A stretch of 64,000 nucleotides of DNA from Longimicrobiales bacterium (GTDB lineage Bacteria; Gemmatimonadota; Gemmatimonadetes; Longimicrobiales; Gaopeijiaceae): the NCBI GenBank assembly GCA_965203485.1, contig OZ241892.1, forward strand, positions 3,072,001 to 3,136,000, written 5' to 3'. This document shows, piece by piece, positions 1 to 10,083 of the stretch; position 1 is the first letter of the stretch, and the number at the start of each line of letters is the position of its first letter. Below the pieces are notes generated by a model that made no database searches, was not told where the DNA came from, and saw nothing but the letters and a program-made list of their open reading frames with translations. A program made the translations under genes and the position numbers.

Positions 1-1063
1 CGACGTTGCCGAGATAGCGCCCGCACGCGTCGAGCACGTCCCATGCGAAGGCACGGCCACGCAACGGGTTGCGCACCCACACGAGTCCATCGCCGGCCAC
101 TTCCACGCGGTCCATCGCAGACCGAAACGGAGGCAGTTCGTCCGCAGGGAAGCCCGAGGCGTCGGCCAAGCTGTCGCGCTCCGCGCCCGCGAGCGGCGCG
201 GGCGGGCGCCGAAGCTCGACCGTGCGGAGCGTGTCTCCGGCCAAGGTCACTTCGTGCAGCCGATGCTCGGACGTGACCGCCAGCCACAGCGTCCCGGCAG
301 GGGCCACCGCCCACAGCGTCCGCGGCTGCATCGGCAAACTCTCGACCTCCGTAATGTCGACCCCGCCGGTCGTTCGCCTCTGAACGACGCGCATCGTCTC
401 CACCCATTGCTCCAGTGCAAGACTGTCGACGGCCGTCACCTCTTCCCCCGCTCCGATTCCGTACTTCGACACGACCCCGTCGACCGTCGTGGCGCTTAAA
501 GGCGACGCTAGGTCCCGTTCGTTCTTGCGCAGATAAGCGAAGCCGTTCGCGTCCACGCGCACTTCCCGATCAAGCCCCCCCAACGCGGACAATCCTCTGA
601 AGGCGGCAACCACGGGAACGCCCATCCCGTCCAGCACATGCAGGTACGGCGCCTCCAGGACCCAAAGCCTGTCGGGCTCCTGCCATGCGACGTCGATTCC
701 AAGGAGGTGCCTGAACTCGCCGGGACCCTCGCCGCGGCGGCCCATGCGCCGCACAAAGGTTCCGCTCTCGTCGAACACGACGATTTCGCGAGCCAGCTTG
801 TCGGCCACGTACAGGACGCCATCGCGGCTCGCGGCCAGCGAGACGACGTCCCCGAAAGCGTCCGGTCCGGCCCCATCCGGGCCGCTTCCCAACCGCAAGT
901 CCTCCACGAGGCGCAATCCGCCGGCCACGTCGTGCGGGCCCCGGTCGGCGTTCGAAACGAACACGCGGCCGTTCGGCAGAGTGTCGACTTGATGATCCGA
1001 CGACGCCCGGTCCTCCCTGGTTTCGCAGGCCGGCGAGAACGCACCGGCCAAGGCGGCAACTAG
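1..1063 (-). pseudogene. 6-bladed beta-propeller (NHL-like) lipoprotein, 5' end separated by IS insertion; runs off window edge
   Basis: Hand translation of the minus frame absent from the ORF track: LVAALAGAFSPACETRED...LYVADKLAREIVVFDESGTFVRRMGRRGEGPGEF...GDTLRTVEL. The GxxGEGPGEF motif is typical. The putative start (TTG 2611) lies on the far side of the IS. Confidence 0.75.
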
Positions 1064-2592
1064 CAGCCCGTGGACAAACGGGCTTGGCGCGTCCGCGACG
1101 AAACTTGGTGGGACACGGCGGTTTACCGGGCTCTCGAAGGCGCGAACGCGCGGAAGTCGCGCAATAGGGCTTGGAGCGGCCCCGAGAGGCGTCGAAGCGG
1201 CTCGAGAGCGGCGATTTGGCGGCAAAATCGGCACAAAACGGAGCCTGCGGCGCCCGTCGCGCAGGAATCGAGCACAGCTTGCGCTGCGGCGGGGCGGCCC
1301 TGCAGGCCTCGTGGCGTGCCGACTCCGAAGCGTCTTCGCATGAGCAGCCCGAGGTTGAAGGCGGCGACGTGAATCAGCATCCGCTTGCGGATGTCCTCGT
1401 GGCCACGCACGTGCACGCGGCGAAGTCCGCCCGTCCCCAGCAGGTGCGCGAACGAGCGCTCGAGCTTCTCGCCCCGCATCCTCAGCAGCGCCTTTCCGCG
1501 CTCGCCCCGAATCCGCCGCCGGTTCGCGTAGACCGGCTTCTGGGCTTCCTTGTTCTGCTTCCAGCTCCGCCGACCGCGCGCGGGCTCGCTCACGTAGCCG
1601 CGCAGCCCCCGGTCCTCCAACTCCGTCATCGTCTTGTTCGAGTGATAGCCCTTGTCGCACACCACTTCCGCCGCCCCAGCCCCCAGCTCCGCCAGCCGCC
1701 GCTCCGCCTCGTCCAGCGTCTCCGTCAGCGACGCCGCGTCGCCCCCGTCCGTCGTCTGCACCGTCATGCCCACCACCGCGCCCGACTCCAGGTCCACCGC
1801 CTGCTCCAGCTTGTGCCCCAGCCGCGTGCGCCCGTCCTTCATCTTCGTGATCCGCGCCTCCGGGTCCCCCGGATGCACCCACTCCGCGTTCGACCCCTTC
1901 TTCGGACGCTTTCGGTCCAGCTTCGCCAACTCCTCGCGCGTCGGCGTCTCGATCCCCGACGACCGCGCCAGCTCCCGCAGCCACGCCTCGTAGCCCGCGC
2001 CCCCGTCCCGCCGCACGATCGAGCGCATCGCCGCGTTCGCCTCCAGCGTCGTCGAGTCCACGCCCAGCGTCCCGCCTCCCAACAGCCCCGAGTCGTCCAG
2101 CAGCCTCAGCACGCGCGCGAACACTGCGACGTGCGCCTCCACGCTCAGCCGCTTGCGCGTCTTCGACAGGCTCGAATGGTCCGGCGGGTTCCTCGTCAGA
2201 TCGTACCCCAGGAACGCGCGCAACGAAAACGAGTCCCTGCACCGCCAGGCGATGCCCCGCTCCGACGAGATGCCCTCCAGGTACCCCACCATCAGCGCCC
2301 GAAAGTACACCCCCGGAGGAATCCCCGGACGGCCCACGTTGCCCGCGTAGAACTCGGCGCACACCTCCTCCGCGAACTCGTCGAAGCCGTCCTCCCGCAA
2401 CAGCTTGTCCAGCGCGCGGTAGAACGGATGCTCGGACGCGCTGATCTTGCTCGTCGCCACGAACAACGCCTGCTGCCGCTCGCTCCGACGCTTGCCCAAC
2501 GCCATCGCCGTCCTCCTTCAAGGGAATCGTTCCGTCCCTCCAATCTACTCCCCACCAAATCGCCGGCGCGCCGGGACTTTGTCCACGGACTG
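1064..2592 (-). mobile_element. IS1182/IS5-like insertion sequence, 1529 bp
   Basis: Terminal IRs CAGCCCGTGGACAAA (1064-1078) and TTTGTCCACGGACTG (2578-2592), 14/15 match. Flanking CTAG at 1060-1063 and 2593-2596. Single transposase ORF. Confidence 0.93.
1123..2505 (-). CDS. Transposase, IS1182-like (DUF772 N-terminus + DDE domain)
   Basis: GRPGIPP..YFRALMVGYLEGISSER N-terminus; VDST, CDKGY and ERSFAH DDE motifs; strong RBS upstream. Confidence 0.92.
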   Translation of the reverse strand: MALGKRRSERQQALFVATSKISASEHPFYRALDKLLREDGFDEFAEEVCAEFYAGNVGRPGIPPGVYFRALMVGYLEGISSERGIAWRCRDSFSLRAFLGYDLTRNPPDHSSLSKTRKRLSVEAHVAVFARVLRLLDDSGLLGGGTLGVDSTTLEANAAMRSIVRRDGGAGYEAWLRELARSSGIETPTREELAKLDRKRPKKGSNAEWVHPGDPEARITKMKDGRTRLGHKLEQAVDLESGAVVGMTVQTTDGGDAASLTETLDEAERRLAELGAGAAEVVCDKGYHSNKTMTELEDRGLRGYVSEPARGRRSWKQNKEAQKPVYANRRRIRGERGKALLRMRGEKLERSFAHLLGTGGLRRVHVRGHEDIRKRMLIHVAAFNLGLLMRRRFGVGTPRGLQGRPAAAQAVLDSCATGAAGSVLCRFCRQIAALEPLRRLSGPLQALLRDFRAFAPSRAR

Positions 2593-3432
2593 CTAGGAGC
2601 CCTGCTCGCAACGGTCCTCCGGGTCTTCGTCCCTGCCATACGGCTCGCCCCTGGTCAACGTCAGCTCCACCAGCTTGCCGTCGCGCCGCACCGTGACCAA
2701 CTGCGTCACGCCGGGCGCCCTCCTGTCGGCAAAGCCGAAGATGGGCCTGATCCGGGCGTCCTTGCCGTCGACTTCCATCAACTCGTCGTCGATCTCGAAC
2801 CCGGCGGCCTCGGCAGGCGAACACTTGAGGACCTCCGTCACGGCCGGATAGGACTTGAGCGGCATGGGAACGGAATCACCGGGCATCAGAGGGTGGGCGA
2901 TGGTGCGAAGGTCGCTCGCCATCGAGCCGTTCAGCCCTAACAACGAATAGCCCAGCCCCAGCCACCCGTCCCGGCCGTGCTCGCAACGGTCCTCCGGCTC
3001 TTCGTCCCTGCCAACCGGCTCGCCCCTCGTCGCCGTCAGCTCCACCAGCTTGCCCGCGCGTCGCACTGTGACCACGTGCGTTGCGCCCGGCCCAATCTCG
3101 TTGCCCCAGATGGGCCAGATTCGGGCGTCCTTGCCGTCGACGTCCACCAACACGTCGTGCATCTCGAACCCGGCGGCCTCGGCAGGCGAACACGTCGCGA
3201 CCCGCGTCACTACCGGCCAGGATTCGAGTCGCGTGGCGGAATCACCGGCCAGCAGAGCGTTGGCAAGAGCCACCAAGTCGTTCGACCAGTTCAGCCCCAG
3301 CCATCCGTTTCCGGTGTACGCTCGTTGCGTCTGCACCATTTGCTGAGCGGGCGCGTCCCCAGGCACGGAGCACGCCAGGGTGGCGATCAAGACGCCCAGC
3401 ACCGCGCTACGGCGGCTCAGGCAAGTCATCAT
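2593..3432 (-). CDS. Secreted protein or lipoprotein with two tandem PDZ-like domains
   Basis: Signal peptide ending IATLAC; two copies of GWLGL...V..CSPAEAAGF...D....VDGKD...VTVRR.GK. Confidence 0.8.
   Translation of the reverse strand: MMTCLSRRSAVLGVLIATLACSVPGDAPAQQMVQTQRAYTGNGWLGLNWSNDLVALANALLAGDSATRLESWPVVTRVATCSPAEAAGFEMHDVLVDVDGKDARIWPIWGNEIGPGATHVVTVRRAGKLVELTATRGEPVGRDEEPEDRCEHGRDGWLGLGYSLLGLNGSMASDLRTIAHPLMPGDSVPMPLKSYPAVTEVLKCSPAEAAGFEIDDELMEVDGKDARIRPIFGFADRRAPGVTQLVTVRRDGKLVELTLTRGEPYGRDEDPEDRCEQGS
2603..3310. repeat. Intragenic tandem duplication encoding the two PDZ units
   Basis: tgctcgcaacggtcctccgg at 2603 and 2978; other shared blocks such as atctcgaacccggcggcctcggcaggcgaacac. 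Confidence 0.85.
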
Positions 3433-3821
3433 TGCGAGGGGGTCTCAGGCAGTGGGCCGCAACCGCCCTCAACGATGTTGATGCCGTCCTTGTCGCACTT
3501 GATGCGCATCCAGCCTTCGCCGCCTTGGTCCCAACAAAGTGCGAGAATCAACAATGCGGCCGCTTCCAACGTCTCATCGGAGCACTCGCGAACATCGGTC
3601 CCCGTGTTGGGCCGCGCAACATCGGCTCCGAGCGCGAGAGACCCGCCAGCTACGGTCAGATTGCATCCAGAAGCTGTCAGATCCTCCGATGCAACGACAT
3701 CGGCAAGGTCAGAAGCCGCCAAGGCCTCAAGACCGACCACTGGTTGGGGACGCGGGGACTAAGCAACGGTCGCAATGGCCAAGGCGATGGCGGCGACGGT
3801 CCCAGTCAAGGTGTTTCGCAT
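3429..3821 (-). pseudogene. Small Cys-containing secreted protein with in-frame amber at codon 21
   Basis: AGGAG + ATG at 3821 gives MRNTLTGTVAAIALAIATVA*; TAG at 3759-3761. The frame continues SPRPQPVVGLEAL... to TGA overlapping the PDZ gene start (ATGA). Confidence 0.7.
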
Positions 3822-4100
3822 GCGAGTCTCCTAATGGAAGAAGTGGTGAAGACGCGGCAAATGCCGGTCGGCATCGCCGTCCACGCTCCCTATCTTAACG
3901 TCTCGCGGTGTGGGCGCAACCCCTCCGGCCAAGCCGGGACCACGGGCACGTCTTTGATCGTTGCCGCATGGCGCCTGACGAAGACGTCGCCGCAATGCCG
4001 GTACCGGAGCGCCTTCACAACCGCCCATCGCCGAGAGCGGCGCAATCCGCTACGTTGCCCGAGCCAACCCTCAAGTCCCCATCACGGAGAACGTGATCCG

Positions 4101-5306
4101 ATGTCCGACTCGATCCGCCGTCACGACGCCGACCCCGCCGACGCGCGCAATCCCGACCGCCGCGACTTTCTCAAGACCGCGACCGTCGCCACGGGGGCGT
4201 TGTGGGCGGGCGGCGCCTGCGCAGGCTACGGCGACCAGGAAGCCGTCCAGGAGCCCCCTGCCCCGATGTCGATCCTCGTTCTGGGCGGGACCGGCTTCAT
4301 TGGCCCGCACATGGTGGAGTACGCCGTCGGGCGCGGCCACGAGGTCACGCTCTTCAATCGCGGCCGCACCAACACGCACCTTTTTCCCGACTTGGAGAAG
4401 CTGGTCGGCGACCGCGACGGCGACTTGGCCGCGCTGGAGGGCCGCAACTGGGACGCGGTGCTCGACAACACCGGATACGTGCCGCGCATGGTGCGCGACT
4501 CCGCCGAGCTGCTGGCGGACTCCGGGCGCTACGTCTTCGTGTCGTCGATCTCGGCGTACAAGGACCTGGGGCCGCACGGGATCACCGAGGACTACGAGGT
4601 CGGGCGGCTCGACGATCCCACCGTGGAAGAATGGAGAGGCCCCGCCTACGGGCCGCTCAAGGCGCTGTGCGAAGAGGTGGCGCAGGAGGTCTTCGGCGAC
4701 CGCGCGACAGTCGTGCGGCCGGGATACATCGTGGGCCCCGGCGACGGCACGGACCGCTGGACGTACTGGCCCGTTCGCGTGGCCGCGGGCGGGGCAATGG
4801 CGGTGCCGGGCGCCCCTTCCGATCCCATCCAGTTCATTGACGCGCGCGATCTGAGCGAGTGGGTGGTGCGCATGGCCGAGCAGGGAATCGGCGGCGTCTA
4901 CAACGGCGTCGGACCGGCGGAAGCCACCGACATGGCCGGCATGCTGGAAGCCTGCCGGGACGCGAGCGGCAGCGACGCCGAGTTCCGCTGGATCGACTCC
5001 GCCTTCGTGGAGGAGCAGGGCGCGCGCTTCCCCATTTGGGGGCCGCCGGATCATCCGACTTGGGGCGGTGCGCACTTGGTCGCCAACACGCGCGCGATCG
5101 AGGCAGGCTACGCGAGCCGACCCGCAGTCGAGACGGTCCGCGACACGCTGGAGTGGTGGAACGGCCTGTCCGAGGACGATCGCCCGGACGGGATGAGAAG
5201 CGGCCTCCGCAAGCCGCCCGAGCTCGGCGGCGGCTCCGCCACGTTGGAGGCGATGCGCGAGGTGGAGGCCCAGTTGCTGGCGGCGTGGGAGGAAGCCGAG
5301 GGCTGA
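4101..5306 (+). CDS. Tat-exported NAD-dependent epimerase/dehydratase (atypical SDR)
   Basis: DRRDFLK Tat motif; LVLGGTGFIG Rossmann motif; YGPLK. Confidence 0.88.
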   Translation: MSDSIRRHDADPADARNPDRRDFLKTATVATGALWAGGACAGYGDQEAVQEPPAPMSILVLGGTGFIGPHMVEYAVGRGHEVTLFNRGRTNTHLFPDLEKLVGDRDGDLAALEGRNWDAVLDNTGYVPRMVRDSAELLADSGRYVFVSSISAYKDLGPHGITEDYEVGRLDDPTVEEWRGPAYGPLKALCEEVAQEVFGDRATVVRPGYIVGPGDGTDRWTYWPVRVAAGGAMAVPGAPSDPIQFIDARDLSEWVVRMAEQGIGGVYNGVGPAEATDMAGMLEACRDASGSDAEFRWIDSAFVEEQGARFPIWGPPDHPTWGGAHLVANTRAIEAGYASRPAVETVRDTLEWWNGLSEDDRPDGMRSGLRKPPELGGGSATLEAMREVEAQLLAAWEEAEG

Positions 5307-5602
5307 CGTCCGGCGGCGGGACTCGCTTCCGGGTGCGGCGGGAGCTGACGTTGCGAGGGCGTGCGAGAATGCCGGGGGGCTGACGTCCGCCCTAGTGGTC
5401 CGTGACTGGTCCGCCATGCACTTGGCCGGTTGGTCGCGCGGATCGCCGAAAAAAAATCGGCATCGGTCCCATTCGACCATGTTCGCGTCCCGCCGACACG
5501 CACATCTTCTTCTCGTGGAGCGCGTCGCTCCTTGAGCAACGCAGGGCGCGGACGCCAGCCCGCGGGTCCGGGCGCGAACCCGGAGAAGAAGAGGCCGTGG
5601 CC

Positions 5603-6621
5603 GTGGCCAACAAGCACAGGAAGAAGCCCCGTCGCAAGCACGACGAGGTTCTCAAGGGATTCTTCTCGGCCAAGGCCGCCGCCCGCTCTCTTGTGCAGGA
5701 GTCCTGGCCGGCGGATGGGCCGGCGAACTCGACCTCGCGTCCATGGAGGACGTCCCCACCGAGCACATTGGCCTGGGCGGCCAAGCGCGCCGCTCCGATG
5801 CCGCTTGGCGCGTCCGGCTGCGCGACAGCGCCCGTTCCGTCGTCTTCCACGTCGAGTTCCAGTCGGCCGTCGACTCCAACATGCTGTTGCGCAGCTTCGA
5901 GTACGTCGGCCACCTCTACAAGTTCTTGAGCAAGGAGGGAGCGCGCACCGGAGGCGGCGTGCCCGTCGTGCTGTCGGGCGTGCTCTACATCGGCGGCAAG
6001 CCGTGGGACGCGCCCACCGCGACGGACCAGCTGGCGCCGCCTGGGTCGCCCACGCTGGCCCGGCTCCAGACGCGCCACCGCTACGCCGTCCTTGACATGC
6101 GCTCGGCTTCCAAGCGAGACTTGCCCAGCGACGGCTCCGTCCTGCGATGGCTGGCCGAGCTGCTCCGCGACTGGCGCGCCCTGCCCCGGCTGGTCGACGC
6201 CTTGGCCGAAGACTACAGCGGCCCCGAGCATGCCGATGTGCGGGAGGGGTTCGCCATGGTCGCAGAAGAGGCGCTGCTCGCCGGCGGCGCCAGCCTTGAC
6301 GCCGTTCGCAACGTCGTAGAACAAATCAAGAAGCCCAACGGAGGAACACGCATGTCCTGGCAAATTGCTGAAGAATTCGAAAGGACCCGCCGCGAGGGGC
6401 ACCAAGAAGGGCGCGCAGAGGGACGCCATGAAGGACAAGCCGACTTTGCGGTGCGCTATGCCGCGCGAAAGTTTGGCGCAGAGGTAGCGGACGAGTTGCG
6501 CCGCGCGCTGGCGATGGCCGGGCCCGAAGCTACAGAGCACATGGCGGACGCCATCATCGATTGCGAGACCGCGGACGAGTTGCTGGCCCGCGCAATGCAC
6601 CGGGATCGTTCGACAGACTGA
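5603..6621 (+). pseudogene. Rpn family (YhgA-like / PD-(D/E)XK) nuclease, frameshifted near 5700
   Basis: N-terminal HDEVLKGFFS in one frame; RSD..W, HVEFQS, VLYIG..PW and C-terminal EG.xEG repeats in the -1 frame. Confidence 0.8.
6352..6621 (+). CDS. Putative internal small Rpn C-terminal protein (RpnS-like intragenic antitoxin), 89 aa
   Basis: GGAGGA (6340-6345) 6 nt before an in-frame ATG at 6352: MSWQIAEEFERTRREGHQEGRAEG. Confidence 0.6.
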   Translation: MSWQIAEEFERTRREGHQEGRAEGRHEGQADFAVRYAARKFGAEVADELRRALAMAGPEATEHMADAIIDCETADELLARAMHRDRSTD

Positions 6622-6676
6622 CGCCGACCAAAAGCTCAAAGCCGCTCCGGTTGATCGATGCCTTTTCAGTGCCTTT

Positions 6677-9600
6677 TCAGTCCACGAGCAGCCCCTTCGC
6701 CACCTGCGCCAGCACGTCGTTGACCTGAGTCTTTTCGGCGGCGTCCAGCTCGCCGTCCGCCGCGACCTGCACGCGGAAGCGCAACCGCGCGGTCGGGCTG
6801 GCCTTCAGCAATTCGGGGACGCGCTCGCCGAGTTCCTGCACTTGATCGGTGTCCAGCGCCACTGCGGCAGGGGCGCTCGGCTCAAAGGGCAACTGGGGGA
6901 CGCCGCTCGGAACGTCGTCGCCGGGCGCCGCCATGGACGGACGCTCGAGCAGCACGGCGCCGGCCTCGGTCCAGGAACAATCCACCGGGCCACTGTTCGG
7001 CAACAAGGAGAGCCAGCGGTTCTGCACGGATTCCTTGATGCCCCGGACCAACAGTTGCCATGGCAAGTTGCACTTCCTCTTGAGGCCCAGCGCCCGCGTA
7101 AGCGCGGCGCCGTTGGTCCGGCCGTCGCGCCAAGCGCCGGGGACGCTGTCCTCGGTGAGATCGTGCGGAGAGACCGGCGGGGGCGGCGGCAACAATCTCG
7201 CGCCGTCGTCCAGCATGCCTTCGGCAACCGCCTCCCGCCACGCGGAGGCCGGGCCGCTGACCAGCCAGATCAGTCCTAGCTGGACCGCCCCGCTCGCCGC
7301 TTCGCGCAACAAGGCCCCGGCGACCTTCGGAATGATCGCCGGCTCCTCGCCAGCGTCCGCTTCGAACGCCGCCTCGCAGCCACCGGCGAAGTACTCGGCC
7401 AAGCGAGCCATCGTGAGGCAGGCGCCGTCGGCAACCGGCAGGAAGGCCGCCGCGCCGCCCGACTCGGCCGACTCCGCGCCGGGCCAAAGCCCCGGCAACT
7501 TTCCGGGGGCCAGCAGTTCCGGCGGCAGGCGGTGCAGCTCCGCGTGTTGCGGGAGGACTACTTCCAGCGACGACTCGGTTCGCGAGCCGGACTCCACCGA
7601 CTCGCGCCACCATGTTCGGACGTTGCCGTCGGGGAGCTTCAGGCGGGCGACGAAGAGGCCGTCCTGGACGCCTTGCATCACGGTGTCGAAGAGCAACTCG
7701 GCGTTCAGCGCCTTGGGCAAGCGGGGATTGCGGGCGAAGGCGCCGGCCAAGTCGGTGACGAAACGCGCGTCCTCGTCGTCGCGCCACAAGTCGTAGGGGC
7801 CGCCCGGCGCCAGAGCCCGGGCGTCGACGGCGGTTTCCTGAATGCGGGACCGCGCGTCGTTCTTGATCTCGACGAAGAGCGGACGGACGGGCGCCGCAAG
7901 CTTGAACGCGTGGACCTCGCCGTCCCTGCCGTAGGTCGTGACGATGCACCAAGCCGCCCGGAGCGTTTCCGAGACGCGTGTCTGCGCAGCGTCAATCTGT
8001 CTGCGAAGGCGCTGGTCGCGAACCGCGTCCACCTTGTGGCCGGCCAACTGATCCATGACTTCCTCCCACCCCAACAGCGCGCGAACTTCGCCTTGCACCG
8101 CCCTCAAGCCGTCGCGGGACGGCCCGGCGACCACAAGCGCGTTGCGGTGCACTCGGGGCCGGTCCTTGCCCTTCGTCTCCAGGAAGCTCCGCGCCACCTT
8201 GCCCGGCTTGCCCGATTCGGAGACGGCGGCGGCGCCCAGCACCACGTAGCGAAACGTCAAGTCGTCGGCCACGTCATCGGGCGAAGCGGGCATCCTGTGG
8301 ACCTTCACTCCGGCCGCCGAGGCGCCTTCGATCAACCACTTCGCCTTTCGGACCTTCCCGTCCACGTAGCGGTCCACGGCCTCCGCCGTCACCCGGTTCT
8401 TGCACGCGTCGTCGTGCATCTGGCGCAGGTTCGGACGGTTGCCCAGCCGCCAGTCCTTGGGCAGCTCGCCGCGGGCGCCGTCCACATCCTCGTCGTCCAG
8501 AAACCAAGACACTTCGCGCCAGCGCTCGAGTCCCTTGTCCACTTCGATCACGTCGGGCGCGCCGGCGCCGATCATGCGCCGCAAGGGTTGCGTTTGAATC
8601 TTGTGCCCCACCGGCTGCGAGTGCAGAAACACGGCGACCACCGCTTGTTCGACCTCGCGGCCGGGGGCCAACGCAGGAATCTCGTTTTGCATGTCGCGCG
8701 CCTTCTCCAGCTCCTTGAGCAGCAGCGGCGCCCAATCCACTTTCCGGCCTTCGCCCGGCTCCGTCGTGGCAACGCCGGCCAGATCGCGCATCGCTTCGGA
8801 CAGACCCGGCTCGCCGGCATCCGCCAGCAACGCGGCAGGCCCCACCAAGGGACACGCGTCTCCCCACTTCTCCGCCTCGCGAAGCGCGGTGGCCAGCGTC
8901 CGCAGGATCCCCCTGGTGCGCTGAAAGCCGTCCAGCTGCGTCCAGCACGTGTAGAAGACGTCCGTGAGCTTGGGATGGAAGGGGAAGTGGCGGAGAAAGT
9001 GATCCTCGTCCGCCGCGCGGGACCGGTCCGTGGTCTCCTGCACCTTGGCCAAGTTGCGAACCACGCCGATGACGTGAGACCGGTACGCGTCGGGATCCCG
9101 AATGGCCTCGGCCTCGAAGAAGCGGCGGCGCAACACCTCGGCCACATCCTTCTTCTGGACCGGTTCCACGCCTTCTTCCTTTTGCCTTCGCACGACATCG
9201 AAGAGGTCGGCCATGATGGCCTTGCCCAAGTCGTCGCTCTGCTTGATGGGGTCCGTCGCCAGCAGCGACACGACCATCGCCGCCCGGTCCACCTTCACCA
9301 CCGCCTGGGTCAGATGCTGAAAGAAGTCGCGGATGCGGTCGCCCCACGCCCGGTCGAGGCCCGCCTTGGCCCGTGCGTACATGAGGACTTCGTCCGCCAG
9401 GATCAGCGTGGACAGTCCTCGCTCCTGGGGCTTGGCGACGAGCTTGGCCAGCAACGGCTCGGCGGGCGGCGTCAGACGCTCCTGGGCTTCGCCGTCGGCA
9501 TGAATGGCGCGCAGTCCGTCGTCGCCGTCCAGCTGGTACGCCAGCACGCTCCACGGATGCAGCAAGTCGCGGGTCGCGCCGTCCGGTCCGGCCACGCTCT

Positions 9601-10036
9601 GGATGCCCGACTCCACATCGATCTTGTCGAAGCACAGCGTCGCCGGATGCGCCGCCGGAAGGTCGTGCCCCACGTGCTCGCGAAATTCGTGAACGGCGGG
9701 CAAGTCCGGCAGTCCGCCGGGCTGGCGGAAGAGATGGTAGAGGGTGATGAGCGTGTGCGTCTTGCCGCCCCCGTAGGTCAGCTCGAGCTGCCGCACCGCC
9801 TTGTCGCTCTGCCCCGCGAGCCGCCCGGCCACGTCGCGCACCAAGTCTCGAAGCGCATGGGTCGCATAGGTCAGTCCGAAGAAGCGTTCCGGGTCCTCGT
9901 AGACCGGGCGCGTGCCCCGCCCCAGAGTCACTTCGTGCAGGTCGGCGGCGAACTGCGCCATCGACAGTTCGCCCGTGCGAAGCTCTTCCTTCAGCCGAAC
10001 GACTTCGTGCCAGGGCTTGAGGCGGGACTTCGTCAC
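6677..10036 (-). CDS. DUF499-family AAA+ ATPase
   Basis: LKPWHEVV...FAADL N-terminus; Walker A TYGGGKTH; Walker B LILADEV; FQRTRGILR. Start placed at GTG 10036. Confidence 0.9.
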   Translation of the reverse strand: MTKSRLKPWHEVVRLKEELRTGELSMAQFAADLHEVTLGRGTRPVYEDPERFFGLTYATHALRDLVRDVAGRLAGQSDKAVRQLELTYGGGKTHTLITLYHLFRQPGGLPDLPAVHEFREHVGHDLPAAHPATLCFDKIDVESGIQSVAGPDGATRDLLHPWSVLAYQLDGDDGLRAIHADGEAQERLTPPAEPLLAKLVAKPQERGLSTLILADEVLMYARAKAGLDRAWGDRIRDFFQHLTQAVVKVDRAAMVVSLLATDPIKQSDDLGKAIMADLFDVVRRQKEEGVEPVQKKDVAEVLRRRFFEAEAIRDPDAYRSHVIGVVRNLAKVQETTDRSRAADEDHFLRHFPFHPKLTDVFYTCWTQLDGFQRTRGILRTLATALREAEKWGDACPLVGPAALLADAGEPGLSEAMRDLAGVATTEPGEGRKVDWAPLLLKELEKARDMQNEIPALAPGREVEQAVVAVFLHSQPVGHKIQTQPLRRMIGAGAPDVIEVDKGLERWREVSWFLDDEDVDGARGELPKDWRLGNRPNLRQMHDDACKNRVTAEAVDRYVDGKVRKAKWLIEGASAAGVKVHRMPASPDDVADDLTFRYVVLGAAAVSESGKPGKVARSFLETKGKDRPRVHRNALVVAGPSRDGLRAVQGEVRALLGWEEVMDQLAGHKVDAVRDQRLRRQIDAAQTRVSETLRAAWCIVTTYGRDGEVHAFKLAAPVRPLFVEIKNDARSRIQETAVDARALAPGGPYDLWRDDEDARFVTDLAGAFARNPRLPKALNAELLFDTVMQGVQDGLFVARLKLPDGNVRTWWRESVESGSRTESSLEVVLPQHAELHRLPPELLAPGKLPGLWPGAESAESGGAAAFLPVADGACLTMARLAEYFAGGCEAAFEADAGEEPAIIPKVAGALLREAASGAVQLGLIWLVSGPASAWREAVAEGMLDDGARLLPPPPPVSPHDLTEDSVPGAWRDGRTNGAALTRALGLKRKCNLPWQLLVRGIKESVQNRWLSLLPNSGPVDCSWTEAGAVLLERPSMAAPGDDVPSGVPQLPFEPSAPAAVALDTDQVQELGERVPELLKASPTARLRFRVQVAADGELDAAEKTQVNDVLAQVAKGLLVD

Positions 10037-10083
10037 GTGGCGGTTTCCGTTTAGGGGGAGAGGCGGGCGGCGTCGGGCGGATT

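Noticed and set aside
3759..3761. Amber recoding (pyrrolysine or alternative genetic code)
   Set aside because: TAG is an ordinary stop for many genes here, and no pyl genes are seen.
5690..5710. Programmed -1 frameshift in rpn
   Set aside because: No slippery heptamer or homopolymer at the site.
6660..6681. 11-bp tandem repeat gccttttcagt x2 at the DUF499 stop as an att site
   Set aside because: No matching copy noticed at the other island edge and no integrase in the window.
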